Of a stretch of DNA of 64,000 nt, positions 44,345-57,300 are shown piece after piece; position 1 is the stretch's first letter, and every line of letters starts with the position of its first letter. The position numbers and the translations under genes are program-made. The DNA lies in NCBI RefSeq assembly GCF_009914755.1, contig NC_060937.1. One strand, 5' to 3'. The notes beneath the pieces are model-generated. The model worked only from the letters and a program-made list of their open reading frames with translations, did no database searches and had not been told where the DNA came from. The DNA comes from the human T2T-CHM13v2.0 reference genome, Homo sapiens.

Positions 44345-46168
44345 TTCTTCTTAATGTTAATCTCTTTAATATGATCATGGTGATAGTTCTCTAAATTCAA
44401 GTTTATTTATCTGTTTATATGATAGGGAGAAGACAGGTAAAAAGGAATTTCAGTTTAAAAATTCTCCCATTATGATATAATCATACAGGGATCATATGCA
44501 AATATGTCGACTATACATAGATAGATTTATAAAAATAAAAAAGTGGCTGAAGGCATGAGTACAAAAGGAATTCAAAATTTATATTATGCTTATAAATAGA
44601 GAAAAACCAAAAATCATATAATAAATATATTTTGCACTACAGGACTTTCAAAATTCTATTATTGATGTGCTATTCAATTAACTGTAAGCATTTAATAAAA
44701 AGTATTTTATTATAGATTGAGTAAAATTTTACATTATCAATTGTATGCCATAGAAGCTAAAACACTGTTGCATTAATATAAACACTGTTTTCAAAGGTCT
44801 ACTAACTGAATTGGAATGTGCAAGTAGTAGTTTATCAAAACATACCTGTGCAATTGAATTTAATTTAAAAAAAAGCTACTAGTGGATTTAAGGAGTTATT
44901 ACTAAATTCTGTTTTGTTTTGGGTTTGCCATGCATACTGCTACTATCTTTATATCTATAAATTATATTTTTGATTTTTAAAAATAAAACTTTATGTTTAC
45001 CTAATTTCAAATTCTCTTTAGAGTTTTACAAATTTAGAAGTTTGATTTTAAGCCATACATTTTCCCCTTGCATTGGAATTTTCCAAAGAAAAGCCAAGAT
45101 ATCTGAATTTTCAATTGCATTTTTACTGGATTTAAATAGGACTTAAATCAATAACTTTCTAATTTAAAAGAAGCTACTTGATTTTCAAGATATTTAATTA
45201 AAGCCACATTCTATTAGCTGAAATAATCTAAATCTGGCTTAATCTACTAAACCATTTCAATCACTTTATCAGTTTATTCCTTTCTGAAGACTGCTGATTC
45301 AATTGTTCCTCATGGATACCACATTACAGAACTGCCCATGAGACATTTGATAAACAGACTATTAAACTCGGAACTCATATTTTACTCTTATTTTTAGCAC
45401 TAAAATAGAGATGAATCTAACAAAATTCAGCATCAATAATTACTGTAATTACAATAAAAAGTCTTCAAAAATTATCCTGTTTAAATATTTACAGCTGAAT
45501 TGAAAACATAATTTCTCCTCTGCATATGAGCCTCTATCTTTTTGTGTTTACTGCTTTTTACTAAACTGGTGAGAGATACAATTATTCATGATGTAGAAAC
45601 AAAATGCCAAATGTGTATAGTTGGATACCTTTACTGGTCTATGTTAAAAGAGTTATTGCAAATATATTCAAAAACACAGATCATCCACAGTGTATTACTG
45701 AAAAAAATCTAAAGGCATAAATCACACTGCAAGTTTTGAAGGGCATTCTATATGATCAATGTAGAACTATTTTAGATACTGTTTGTTGCTTAAATTTAAT
45801 GTCTTTTTAAAGCAATAGGATGTTAGTTTGTCTTCAGTAAAAATACTACCTCCAAAGAACATCAAAGACAGCCTTTGTGTTTAAAATTATAAAGCACATA
45901 ATAAAATGAATGTCTTGATAGTCTGTTTAATGGGTACCTGTAAATATGTGTGTGTGTATGTAACTTTTGTCTGAAATCATAGGCTGTCATTCACCAGGAT
46001 CTTATCTTAAGCACTTTGTTTTCTCATAACACATGCTATCCCTTGATGGTTTTCTAATAATGACAATGGCAACAATAATTATTATTATTTATAAAATGAT
46101 GACTATGCACCAAGCACTGTTTAAGACACTTAAGTAATATGTTAAATTAATTGTCATTAATAATGTAC

Positions 46169-46655
46169 TTTTAATTTTTTATTGATATACAATAGTTGTA
46201 CATATTTATAGGATCCATAGTTTTATACAGTGCATAAGGAAAAAATCAGTAATTATGATATGAATTACCTCAAGCTTTTATCATTTCTTTATGTTGGGAA
46301 CATTCCAAATTTTCTCTGCTAGTTATTTAGAAATATAATATACATTCTTGTTAATGATAGTTACCCTACTGTCTTATTAAATGCTAGAATTTATTCCTTC
46401 TATCTAACAGTATTTTTGTACCCATTAACTCACTTCTCTCCTCATCACCTCCATCCACTATCTTTCTCCTTCTCTGGCAACCACCATTCTGCTCACCACC
46501 TCTGTTGAATTAACTTTTTTTTAGCTCCCACATATGAGTAAGAACATGCTATATTTGTCTTTCTTTTCCTGGCTTATTTCACTTAACATAATGTCCAGTT
46601 CCATCCACGTTGTTCCAAATGACAGGGTTTTATTCTTTTTATGGCTAAATAATAG
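46169..46655 (-). mobile_element. L1MA4/5-type 3' end
   Basis: atcatttctttatgttgggaacattccaaat...ttccttctatctaacagtatttttgtacccattaac...tagctcccacatatgagtaagaacatg...ggcttatttcacttaacataatg. Confidence 0.88.
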
Positions 46656-47924
46656 ACCTTGATTTAGAATTAAACTATTTTACCATTGGTCAATGAATGA
46701 ACAACTGAAAACTCACTATGGATACTAAGAACTTCTAGATACGCTTCTTTCAGCTTACTGAAGTACTCTGGAGGTGTATTTTTTGCATGTGTAAGGAGGT
46801 CAGACATCATTTTTTTTCTCACTTGACACGCAGAATCCTTCAAAGTCACCACTTTATTCATTATCATCATTGAACGTAGTCACAGGCCAGAGGTTGTGCC
46901 AGAAATGAACATTGTGTCTTTAGTCACTGTATTCTAACCTTGGCAACAGCATATACAGCATCCTTCATGATATACTTAACAATATACATCTAGTTAGTGA
47001 AAAAGATACAGTTCAAACTGGAGCAGGAGTTGTCTTTTACAGCTTGAAAAGCAAGTATGACCTCCTACTTCTGACATTTAAGTCTCATTGTTCTTTACTC
47101 ATTTTCATTTATTCTGAAATTCTGTCATATTAATCATCTATTACTTTCTGTATTAAGTATATTTTTATTTTATATTTATACTGTTTTCTTTTTCTTAACA
47201 AATCATTCTTTATTGATTGTGATTTAGCATTTATCTCCAGTTTCTTTCTTAACCTCATTTCTCACTATTTTCCCCAGTAATACACTCCAATTCATCCATA
47301 TAGATTTCTTTATTTTTCACCCCATACACCAAGCTTCCTATTTTTACTCCTATGTTTACCTCTTCTCCAAGACAAAAACAAAATATAATATTTATTTTAA
47401 AACATAGTTTCGTCCATCTTTTCCTCATGAAAATTTCTTCAAGAACCACTCCCACGGCTCTACATGTGCCTAATATTTTTAAATATTGGCTGTATGGTTT
47501 AGCACTTCAAGATATGTTGTTTTGAAAAGTACACTAATTGTTTTATTTGTTTTCGTTCTTCAAAACAGAGGAATGGCCAATGGCTTCTATACTATGGTTT
47601 GTCATGAGTGCTCCTGAGTAAGACTGGTGTATATTTTTTCTTGCTGATACTTAACATTTGTCTGGCTTTTCAGACCAGACAAATATTAAGACCATGATGT
47701 TCTCTCAGAATTAATTAGAAAGCAGAACTAATTAATTAGAAAGTGAAGTGGGCATATCTTCATTATGTCTACATATTCAGTTGTTAAATTAACTCCTTTA
47801 TCTATGAATTTTTAATTGACTCAACCCTAGCCCCTTTCTCTGAAGATATAACTTTTCTCCTGTGCCATGTTATATTAATTTCTGTTAAAATAACTAAAAG
47901 GTGTTTGAAACTAAGTAACATATA

Positions 47925-48084
47925 TTCCAAGCACAGTGCTCAACATTCTGCATATATTTTTTAAAAATGATCACCCTATATATTAGATACTATAATTATT
48001 TTCATATTATGGATGAATAAACTAAAGTTTAGAGGTAAATAATTTGATCAAACTTACATACCAGTAGAGTCAAGATTTGAACTG
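47925..48084 (-). mobile_element. MIR fragment (target of the MST LTR)
   Basis: attattttcatattatggatgaataaactaaagtttagagg...agagtcaagatttgaac. Confidence 0.5.
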
Positions 48085-48416
48085 TGATATGGTTTGGATC
48101 TGTGTTACCGCCCAAATCTCATGTTGATTCTAATCCCTAGTGTTGGAAGAGGGGCTTGGTGGGAAGTAAATGGATCATGGGGGTGGAGTTCTCGTGGATG
48201 GGTTACCACCATCCCTTGGTGCTGCTCTCCTGATAGGGAGCAAGTGAGTTATTGTGAGATACACCATGAGTAAAAACTCCCCGAGGCCTCCCCAGAAGAA
48301 GATCCTGCCATGCTTCCTGTACAGCCTACAGAACTATAGCCAATTAAACCTCTTTTCTTTATAAATTACCCAGTGTCAGTTATCTCCTTATAGAAGTGCA
48401 AGAACGGGCTAATACA
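48085..48416 (+). mobile_element. MSTA/MSTB solo LTR with internal deletion
   Basis: tgatatggtttggatctgtgttaccgcccaaatctcatg start; ccaattaaacctcttttctttataaattacccag...gggctaataca end. Confidence 0.9.
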
Positions 48417-48551
48417 AATCAAAAGCCTAGTGCAATCAACAATAATATCATGTGTTTTCATGAAAGATACACAATCCTTGTCTAGAAATGTGATTCTTTT
48501 ATAGGAAGTAAGACAAGTCTTATAAGTAAACAAAATAAAGCTTAGGAAAGT

Positions 48552-48665
48552 CAATGTGTCATTTATTATTCAAACTGAGACACTTTTCAGAGTGAAAATG
48601 ATGCAATTAAAAATTTATGCCAGTTCAACAGTTTACATGAAAACTTGGGTTTAGAGTCATCTTGT
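48552..48665 (+). mobile_element. MER81 (hAT-Blackjack)
   Basis: atttattattcaaactgagacacttttcagagtgaaaa resembles the MER81 consensus. Confidence 0.6.
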
Positions 48666-51659
48666 ATAAAGGGAACGCTACAATAATTAATTGAAAAGAC
48701 ATGAAAATTAAATTTGCTGCATTCAAATCATCCTTATGTGAGTTTCTGAACCAGTACAGAAAGAGGAAGAAAATATTTCCAAAACCTTCAGTTTTCCTTT
48801 ACCTCCATTCATCAGGGATATACATTTTGACACATTCAGACTTTCTGAACTTCTATACCATTGAGTCACCTTAGATGATCAGACATACTATATAGTAAAT
48901 CTAGGGGAAAACCTTTTATTCAATGCTGTTACAAATTTATATTTTACCTTATTCTCATTTTGGCACAGTAATTCTAGAATTAAGTTTCTGTTCCTACTCC
49001 TTCCCTAGTCAATTTGTTAGTCCTTACAGTTTAGAGACCAAAACTGAAGCTCTTAACAGTGACAGAGAATAAATCTCTGCTGTGATCATAATTTTTCTCT
49101 TTCATGACCTGATCTTGTCACCATGTCTACGATCCTAACCTGGATCTTGTTCATACTGACAAGACAATTATCAATCCATCTTATTGAATGTTCACCATTC
49201 AACAAGTGACATTTATTGTTCACCTCATCACTGGGACACCTAGTGATACAAGGGCAAATACAATGTAATTCCTACTGTCACAGAGCTGTTGCAATCCTGT
49301 GTTAGACACAGATTGACATTAAGAGGTAACTGCCTCATCAACCATACATCATCTGCAAGGCTGTTCTTGGAGAGAAGGGCTTTGCATCTGGGTAAATTTT
49401 GTGTGTGTCCATATTGCCCTGCTGGACACATTTCATAGTATTCTATGTGCCTATCCCTTGATACTACAGCCATTTAATTATGCTCCGTTTTTTTGGCACA
49501 GAATTTAGCGACATGATTTTATACTTGGTGAGGAATGGCTGATATATAAGTTAAATATCCCAGCTAAATATGAGTTAAATAACATAAGCTTCTCCTTTCT
49601 CTTAATTTTGCCATTTCCCATAAGAAATACTAAAAGAAATGCCAAAATAGAAGTGCTAAAATATGAAAATAATCACCACAATATAAAAGTCAAATATGTT
49701 AATGGTAGAAATAATTTTTAAAAATCATGTGTTAACATCCCTGAACTGAGATTGACACATTTCTTGTTACCGTCAAAAATTTCAGATGTCTCATTCCCCA
49801 GATTAAGAAATATATGTTGTATTTGTTTTTTAGGATACTGAAATCCAAATGCAAAAATTTAAGTTGATCATTTGATATAGTCACTGGCAAATATCAAAGT
49901 TCATTCATTGTAAATCTCATTTAAAACACTCACATGCAATTTTATTTATTTTGTACTTTAATCTTGATGTCTAAATGCATGATCCTAATGAGTATTAAAA
50001 AGAGATGCTAACTAAAATGGAGAACTCAAGCTAACAGCTTCAAAAACCCTAAATTTCTCGACCGAAGTAAAAACTATCACAAAATCATGCACTGTGTCAC
50101 ATAAACACACAGACACAAACATGTATGTACACAATTTAATCCTGGGTAAAAATCACCACCAAGATTCATGTATTTCTTATTTGTGTATTCAAAATATACA
50201 TTTAGGAAAAAAATTTGACATTTTAATTATGAACATTATGAGCACTGAGATAAATACAAATAAAATATAAATCTTGATTTTGTTTTTAGGTGTGCTATAT
50301 GTAGCAGAAAAGGCTGACATATGTTTACTAAACAATCAGTACAAGATATTATATTATTCTTCTCAAGAAATAATGAATATGTTATTTTATAGAAATTCAA
50401 TAATGGAGCAAAAGAATATGCAAATAATATTTGAATTAAATTAGGATTACTTGAAATGAATAAATATATTTAAATGTAAATAGCTGCTCACCTAGTTTCT
50501 ATGTTGACACTACAAATGTATAATTTATATTTGCCTCTAAATTTTAATGTTTGGTAATTACAATAAATTGCTATTCCACACTTCTCTATTTCTAAATTTG
50601 TAGTGACAAGTAAAACTCCTTAAAATTAATCTGTTTTGTGTTTTTTATCTATGTATTTTTGATTCATCAAATTTATAACATTAAAATAATCAGAACAAAC
50701 TATGAAATAATGTAAAATGTCTTATGAAAAATATTTCTTTTCATTTCATCCACAGAACTTGTTTATTAGCAATTTTATGCATCTAGCCCATTCATATTTT
50801 TTAATTCATTCTTTTACATACACAGATCATTCCTAAATAAGAATAGTTCGAGTTCTAAAGCAAGTAAATTGTGTAGAAATTGCAACAATGTGTGACACAA
50901 GTTGAAACTTCTATTGTTTTGCCTGCCAAAGTCAATATCTTCAATAGTGAACTTGAGCAATAGTGACATGAGTGCTTTAAAATATAAACAACCAGAATTA
51001 ATTTATTTCTATGAAAAAATATATTCATATTCAGAAAGAGTAGTAACCAATTCAAAATTCTGCTCGGCTCCCCTAATCACTGATACCATCAGCTCTTCCC
51101 TCGACATGTCCTACTAGTTCTTTTAGTTGATCTCTACCAGATTAAACTAGATCTTGATTAGCAAGGATAGGCACAGAATTCATGGAGGAGGAAAATGAAT
51201 CATTGACAGCAAGTCTTTGAATCTAGAAGCAGACTGGATTCTGAACAGATACATAAAGGAAGAAATTAGGAGACACTGAATAGGTCTCTTTTATCTTTCT
51301 GAGGATAACTCTTCATCTGCCTACCTAGTAGTTCCCTTTCTCTTCCTTTCCATTCATAATCCCAACGAATGAATACCAGAGTTTCCTATGCTATCATCCT
51401 TGGTTATCACAAAGCTTAATTTCACGTTAAGACTTTTATTCATTAAAATAATCAATGGTTTTTTCACTTAAAATTTCTTTCTGAAATCTGTACCATGGCC
51501 TTTAAAATGTCAGTTTTGTTTCATTTTCTATTTTTAAAAAATGAAAAATAGGAGACAAAATTTTTGTGCATTTAACACCTTATCTTTAATCACAGAATAC
51601 GTTTGCAAAGATTGTGAATTGTCTTTGTAAGGAAAAATGATTTAATACCTTTTCCTTGG

Positions 51660-52058
51660 GCACACAAGCAATCCTGGGCATTTTCTTACAGGCGGTTTGG
51701 CTGATTTCAGCTATGCTCCACATGTCTTTCTTCCTTCTTCAGGGACCAGTAAGCTAGCCAAGAACTATTCTTCTCATGGTATTGCTTGCAGTAGAAGATA
51801 GAAATTCCAAAGGAAACTTCATGGACTTTTGTAGCCATTGTTCAACTTATACCCATTAACATTCCATTGGCTAAAGCCAGTTATTGCCTAAAATGATTAG
51901 TGTATTTTTCCAAGCACTGGAACAATGTTTGAAGTTTTTTCCAATGCTTGGAAAACTATGTTAAGCATTTTAAATGGAACAAATTGCAAAGTCAAATAAC
52001 AAAGACTGTGGATACATAGATGGGTAAAATATTGAGGTCATTAATGTAATCTGTCACA
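51660..52058 (-). mobile_element. Old MLT1 (J/K-like) LTR
   Basis: ctatgctccacatgtctttc...ttcttctcatggt...acattccattggctaaagc...tgcaaagtc...aatctgtcaca. Confidence 0.55.
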
Positions 52059-52559
52059 GTCCTCATATACTATTTTGCCTCATGTTGAGGAAAAGGACTT
52101 TAATATTCATTTCAGATTGTAAAAATAAATAAACTATTTTTACTTATTCAATCTGAAAACTTTTAAGTTTCCTGGAAAACTCCCCAAATTCTTACTTTTA
52201 ACCTAATTTCTACACATTACTCAAAGTCATATTTGTTTCTAATATAATATTCTCTACATCACATTTTGACTAATATCTCTCTAATATCCTTTTACATTGC
52301 TCATATGGGAGGCTCCTTTAAAACTCAGAGTACAGACATCTATTTAATGAAATATGTTGAGTTGATATGGAGGAAAAAAAATCTCATCTTGTGACACTAA
52401 TTTTTTCCCTCTAGACTTCAATAAGTTAAAAATAACATTCGGAGTAGACATTAATATTTTTCATTCTAACCACACGGAAAACAATAAAAATTTGGAGACA
52501 GATTAATTCTAAAAAGTGATCAATATTCCCTTAGCTGAATGAGAAAGAAAGAGGATTGT

Positions 52560-53120
52560 AGGAGAAAAGATCGGATTGGTAAAAGAAAGGCAAATTGTGG
52601 AGAATTTTTAGATGAAGATGTTTACATAGAAAGTCAGATGACCTTGTGTTGAATTCTTTGTGAAACAGTAAGCCTGTGGAGGGCTTTAAACAGAGTAAAA
52701 TACCTGGCTTACCATTTGAAAAGAACATACAGGCTGCTATTTTGAAAAGAAACTCTGACATGCTGCCGATCTATGAGACTAGTCTAGAGGCTTGTGATTG
52801 TTTCAGTGAGTGTTGATGGTGAAGTGGACTTGGGTGGTAATAAAAGAGGTATTAAGAAGTTGTATGATTCTGGGTATACTTCAAAGATTAATCTCACAGT
52901 TTTTTTTTTCTTTTTTTTTGATAAATTGGCCATAGGACACGAGAAGGATGAGTGATGTTACCAAGATTTTTGGCCTGAGTACCTGGAAGTATGTAGTTTC
53001 CACTTACTGTGGGCTTGTGTAGTTAAGCATACGATTATAATTATTGTGTATCTAAACAGTAATATTCTAATTAGGAAATGCATTTGGAAATCAAAAATAT
53101 TTTAATGGTCTTTAAAGCCA
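52560..53120 (-). mobile_element. L2 fragment
   Basis: ggagggctttaaacagag...ttgaaaagaacatacaggctgct...gattctgggtatacttcaaag...ccaagatttttggcctgagtacctggaag. Confidence 0.7.
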
Positions 53121-53159
53121 CCAAACAAGTAATTTTAAATGTTAAAAAAGGGGGAAAGA

Positions 53160-56100
53160 ACTGGTCACTATAACCTCAACCCTGTAGCTGACCACGAGGC
53201 CTTAGACAGTATACTCAACTGCTCCACAGGTCTTTTGCTTTCTGCTAGCACCAAAGACTTCTTTATCTGGAGGCTATTTTAGGTCTTCATCTCTGAGTTT
53301 TCTGAGCCAGTGGTGGTTCTGCCTACGTGGGATGGGTGTGGTATTCCCTTAAATGTAACTATGGGACATAGCAGAAGTACATGGCTCTTGAGAGTCATGG
53401 CTATCCATAATCTTCCTTTTCCTATTGTTTAGCAGGAGCTATATTTTTCCCCTGTAGATATACCAATTAATTTTTAGGAAATATTCCATTTTAAGCTACT
53501 CCTCTAAAGGCATGTGTTGTTTAAAATGTTATACTGCAAAGGAATTATTATATTACCTCATGTATATAATCTTTCTTTTGTTATAAGATCTGTGAATGAA
53601 CAGAGTTCACAAGCCATGAACCATACATTTTCAAACAAGTCATGAATGTGATAGTGAGATGCACCTCTTCCTTTGCATTTCTTTCCTCCTGAACCCATGC
53701 ATCCTGGCCGAAAAGAATAAAAATGACATCCTGTATTAGTCAGTTGCTATTCTTGAGGATAAGACATAAAGATTAAATTATTGTCATCCAGTTGGAATAT
53801 TAAATATTTTATGTCAATTCCAATATACTCCAAAGTCAGCTGCTTCTGAAAGATGGAGTACATATTAAGATCAATGAATCATATGAACAGTAGTATACAA
53901 CCTTGTATCTTCAAAATTTTTTTTTGTTCATAATCAATATTGGGGGGTAGATTAGATATTAAACAATACAATCACTAATTTTCTTAAGGTAAAACTAACT
54001 ATATGATAATATTAGTTTCAAACCAATAATGGCCTTTTTATAATGATAAATATTCAATAAACAAAATATATTTCCACTATACTAGCTAATTCCCTGAGAA
54101 TATGGTGCCACTTAGGATTGATTCATGTCACCAACAAATTGCACCTCTACAAAAATTGTGTTAACTTGTCCAGCCATGGTAAGAAGAAGTCAATGTTGTT
54201 GGGCCCATGTATAACTTTGGCCCTTTCCTCCGATATCTCTTGGTTCATGAGCCCTTTATACAAATGAATATGGCAATAAAAAAGGATAATTAACACCTTC
54301 CGCATAGCTGATGGCTGTCTTGGGCATTTACACAGGACACAGTTATCATACTCCTGGAACATGTAAGTGGACCATTTACTTAACCTTTACCCAAAGCTCA
54401 TCATTAAAACTCCAGTATTACTCTTGCCAATCCACTTAAAATATAATTAAATTATTATCTCCAATTGGTATAGATTCTTACCTCTAGCCATCTCTTCTTT
54501 CTGATAAAGTTAGCAGTGAGATATATCATTAACGTCTCCAACCCAGAAGGTTTCCCTTCTCCACTATCTTCTCACTCAAGCTTTAATATCAAACATTTTA
54601 TTCCTTGCTGGTGCTAGAAAATTTTGTAAATCTGTCTTTAAAATAAGCTAGCTCAGTATTGTTTTCTTGATCCAACTATATATATGTAATGTCCATGAAG
54701 GCATAAGTGCAAGTTGAGAGAAGAGTGGTAAGATAGGTATATCAGGCTCATGCAGTCTACTTGTCCCTTCAAGAACTATTTGAACATAATTTCAATTATA
54801 ACTTTCAATACTGAATATTGCTAGGTAACCTTGTATTTAAGGATAAGATAATACCAAGTCAAGATGTACCACCAAGTAGTATAAGCACCTGAAGTCCCAG
54901 AGTAAAGCATTTGGAATCTATCAGTGCCCAGAAAGGCTAATAATATTTTTTGTAAAATTCACTATTTTATTCCAAAGAGACCATAGATTTGTTTCAAAAC
55001 TCTAGTGGAATCTACTTTGGATTTTCTTTAAGAGTTTATTACATACTTAATGAAAATCTTATGCTACCATATAATTGCCAGAACCATCATGAATAATACT
55101 GTCAGGACCATTTTTTGTAATTGTGAAAGCTGAACACTCCCAGAGGAAACTTCCACATTTTAATCAACTTTGAATGGTGTTCCTGGAGTTGCACAATGAA
55201 TGGAACTATGTAGCCTGCACAGTGTATCTGATGTCTCCAAATGGTTGAGTAGAAAAGATAAGTATGTCACATTCAGAAGCAGCAGAGGCAGATTGAGAGC
55301 CTTCCATTGCTCTAGATCCCACTTAAAGGTAGAAGCATTCCAGGTTTTCTAATATATGGGTCAGCACAGCATAATTACATGTTATCTATGTTGTCTCCAA
55401 ATTCCTAAAATATGCAATAGATTGTGACGCTCTTTTACAATAACAAAAGATGATGAGTGAAGCAACTGATACTTGCCTTTGGAAAATTCATTACAATATA
55501 TCTATCCCAAGATAATTGGACTGGAAGATCACCATTGAATTAGGTGACATATCTTTTTTTCATTTTATTTGACTTATAACTTGAGATACTTTGGTGTCAT
55601 TTAGAATGTCTACTACTTCTCATTACTCAAGTAATAAAATGATGTCACAGTGTAACCAATGTTGTGATATTCTAAGGGATAGTAAGATGATCAAAGTCTC
55701 TGTGAAATAAATTGTGTCCCAAATTAGGGAGTTGATTTTATTCCTGAGCCAATGGTAGTGTGTACTTCTATGAGCGTTTACTTCTGTCTCAGCAGGTGAA
55801 AGTACACAGTTCCCAAAAGACTTTGCTTATTAGGATAGGTACAAAATGACATTCTAGATCAATAGGTACATACCAATCAAGCTCTGTGGTAATTTTCTCA
55901 GGAAAAGTAGATGTCAGAATTAACAGGTGAAATTGAATTGAATTGATTAAGCTTGTAATAATCCACTATGTTTCTAAAAACCTTTCTCATCTGTATACTG
56001 CTTAGTAAAACAGAGGAGTTACATGGAGATGAAATAGAAATCATCACCTTTCTTTGATCTTCTAAAACTCAACAGTAATAATGAGTATCCCCCAGGAATA

Positions 56101-57300
56101 CGTTTTTGCTTTTGGTTTTCTATTTTGGAAAAAGTAGTGTCGTTCCATAGGGTTCACTATGTTCTTCCTGACAGAAATGCCATTATTTGTGGGTTAGGAA
56201 GCCAAAATGCCAATTCTGGTAATATTGCATAACTACTTCAACTATAAATATAGGAACTGGAGGTTTAACAACCTCTCATGCCAATTATGTGTTAGGTCAA
56301 AACTCCATTTATTGCCTGACATCTATAACCTTTTTCTCATCAGTGGGCAACAATGTTGTTTTGAGCCACAAAAATTAACATTACCAGAGAGCCAGTGCCA
56401 AATCCAATTAGTTCACCCCATGTGTTGACTATTTCCCTTTCAGCAATGTATAATGATCCCGGTGAATGTTTGCAGGTGAAATTTGGTAGTAATAACAAAA
56501 TAATTTATAGTACATATGTAGAATGTTATTTCTCAATACTAACTGCCATCATCTCAATTTGGGCACTCTAATTCTATGAAGTAATTCAGGTTTAGAGATT
56601 GAAATAAGGTGTAGAAACAATTCCAAAATATGTCGATGCTGTGCTTGTCACACCTAGCATAATTTTTGGTTATTAATAAAGGAATAATCTATTTGGAAAA
56701 ATTTTAATGTTTGCCATAGGAACTCTATGATGAATTAGCCACCTTCAAAGATTCCTGTGTATCAAATCATTCTGATTACCTCTCTGTCCCATTCCTGTAA
56801 TGTCTACTTTTCAACTGATAATAATTTCAAATGGTACATTAATCTCCAACAACAAGCTGATTCTCACAATTGCTGCTCCTGCCCATTTCATAGATGCATG
56901 TGCTTTCTTCAGTAAAGGTGTCCCCAATGTTTTGGTGAAGGCGATGTTTTCTGGGCTTTCTTAGTTTGGAAAATACTTTAGATATTACACATGACAAATG
57001 TATTCTTAAGTCCTTTGCTTTCCTACTCTACATATGCAAAGAATTTTCTAGATTCCTTCCCTCATATAAGAGTAGATTGTCTTTGAATCAAGATTTGAGC
57101 AACTATCCAAGCAAATGATTGTAGATGTGCGAGTTAGAACAACAACCTCAGTTTCCCTAGTTAGGGAATCAAAAACTGTAGGTTAAGCCAAAAATTATGG
57201 TGATTTTTTTCTTTGGCACGCTTAAAATATATTCACCAATTGTCTCTTGTATTTTCTATTTTTTAAATAAATTATACATATACTGGCAAATTTCTGTCTT
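53160..57300 (-). mobile_element. Ancient ERVL internal region (degraded pol; probable gag upstream)
   Basis: My minus-strand translations: 55795-55878 DWYVPIDLECHFVPILISK (compare ERVL RT WYAAIDLANAFFSIPV); about 55650-55705 RDFDHLTIP*NIT (compare RDLD.....QDITLVHYIDD); about 54170-54252 AHEPRDIGGKGQSYTWAQQH*LLLT (compare integrase AHEQSGHGGRDGGYAWAQQHGLPLT). Order RT then IN is correct on the minus strand. Confidence 0.78.

Noticed and set aside
46670-46870. 66-aa minus-strand ORF in non-repeat DNA
   Set aside because: No recognisable domain, splice context or neighbouring exons.
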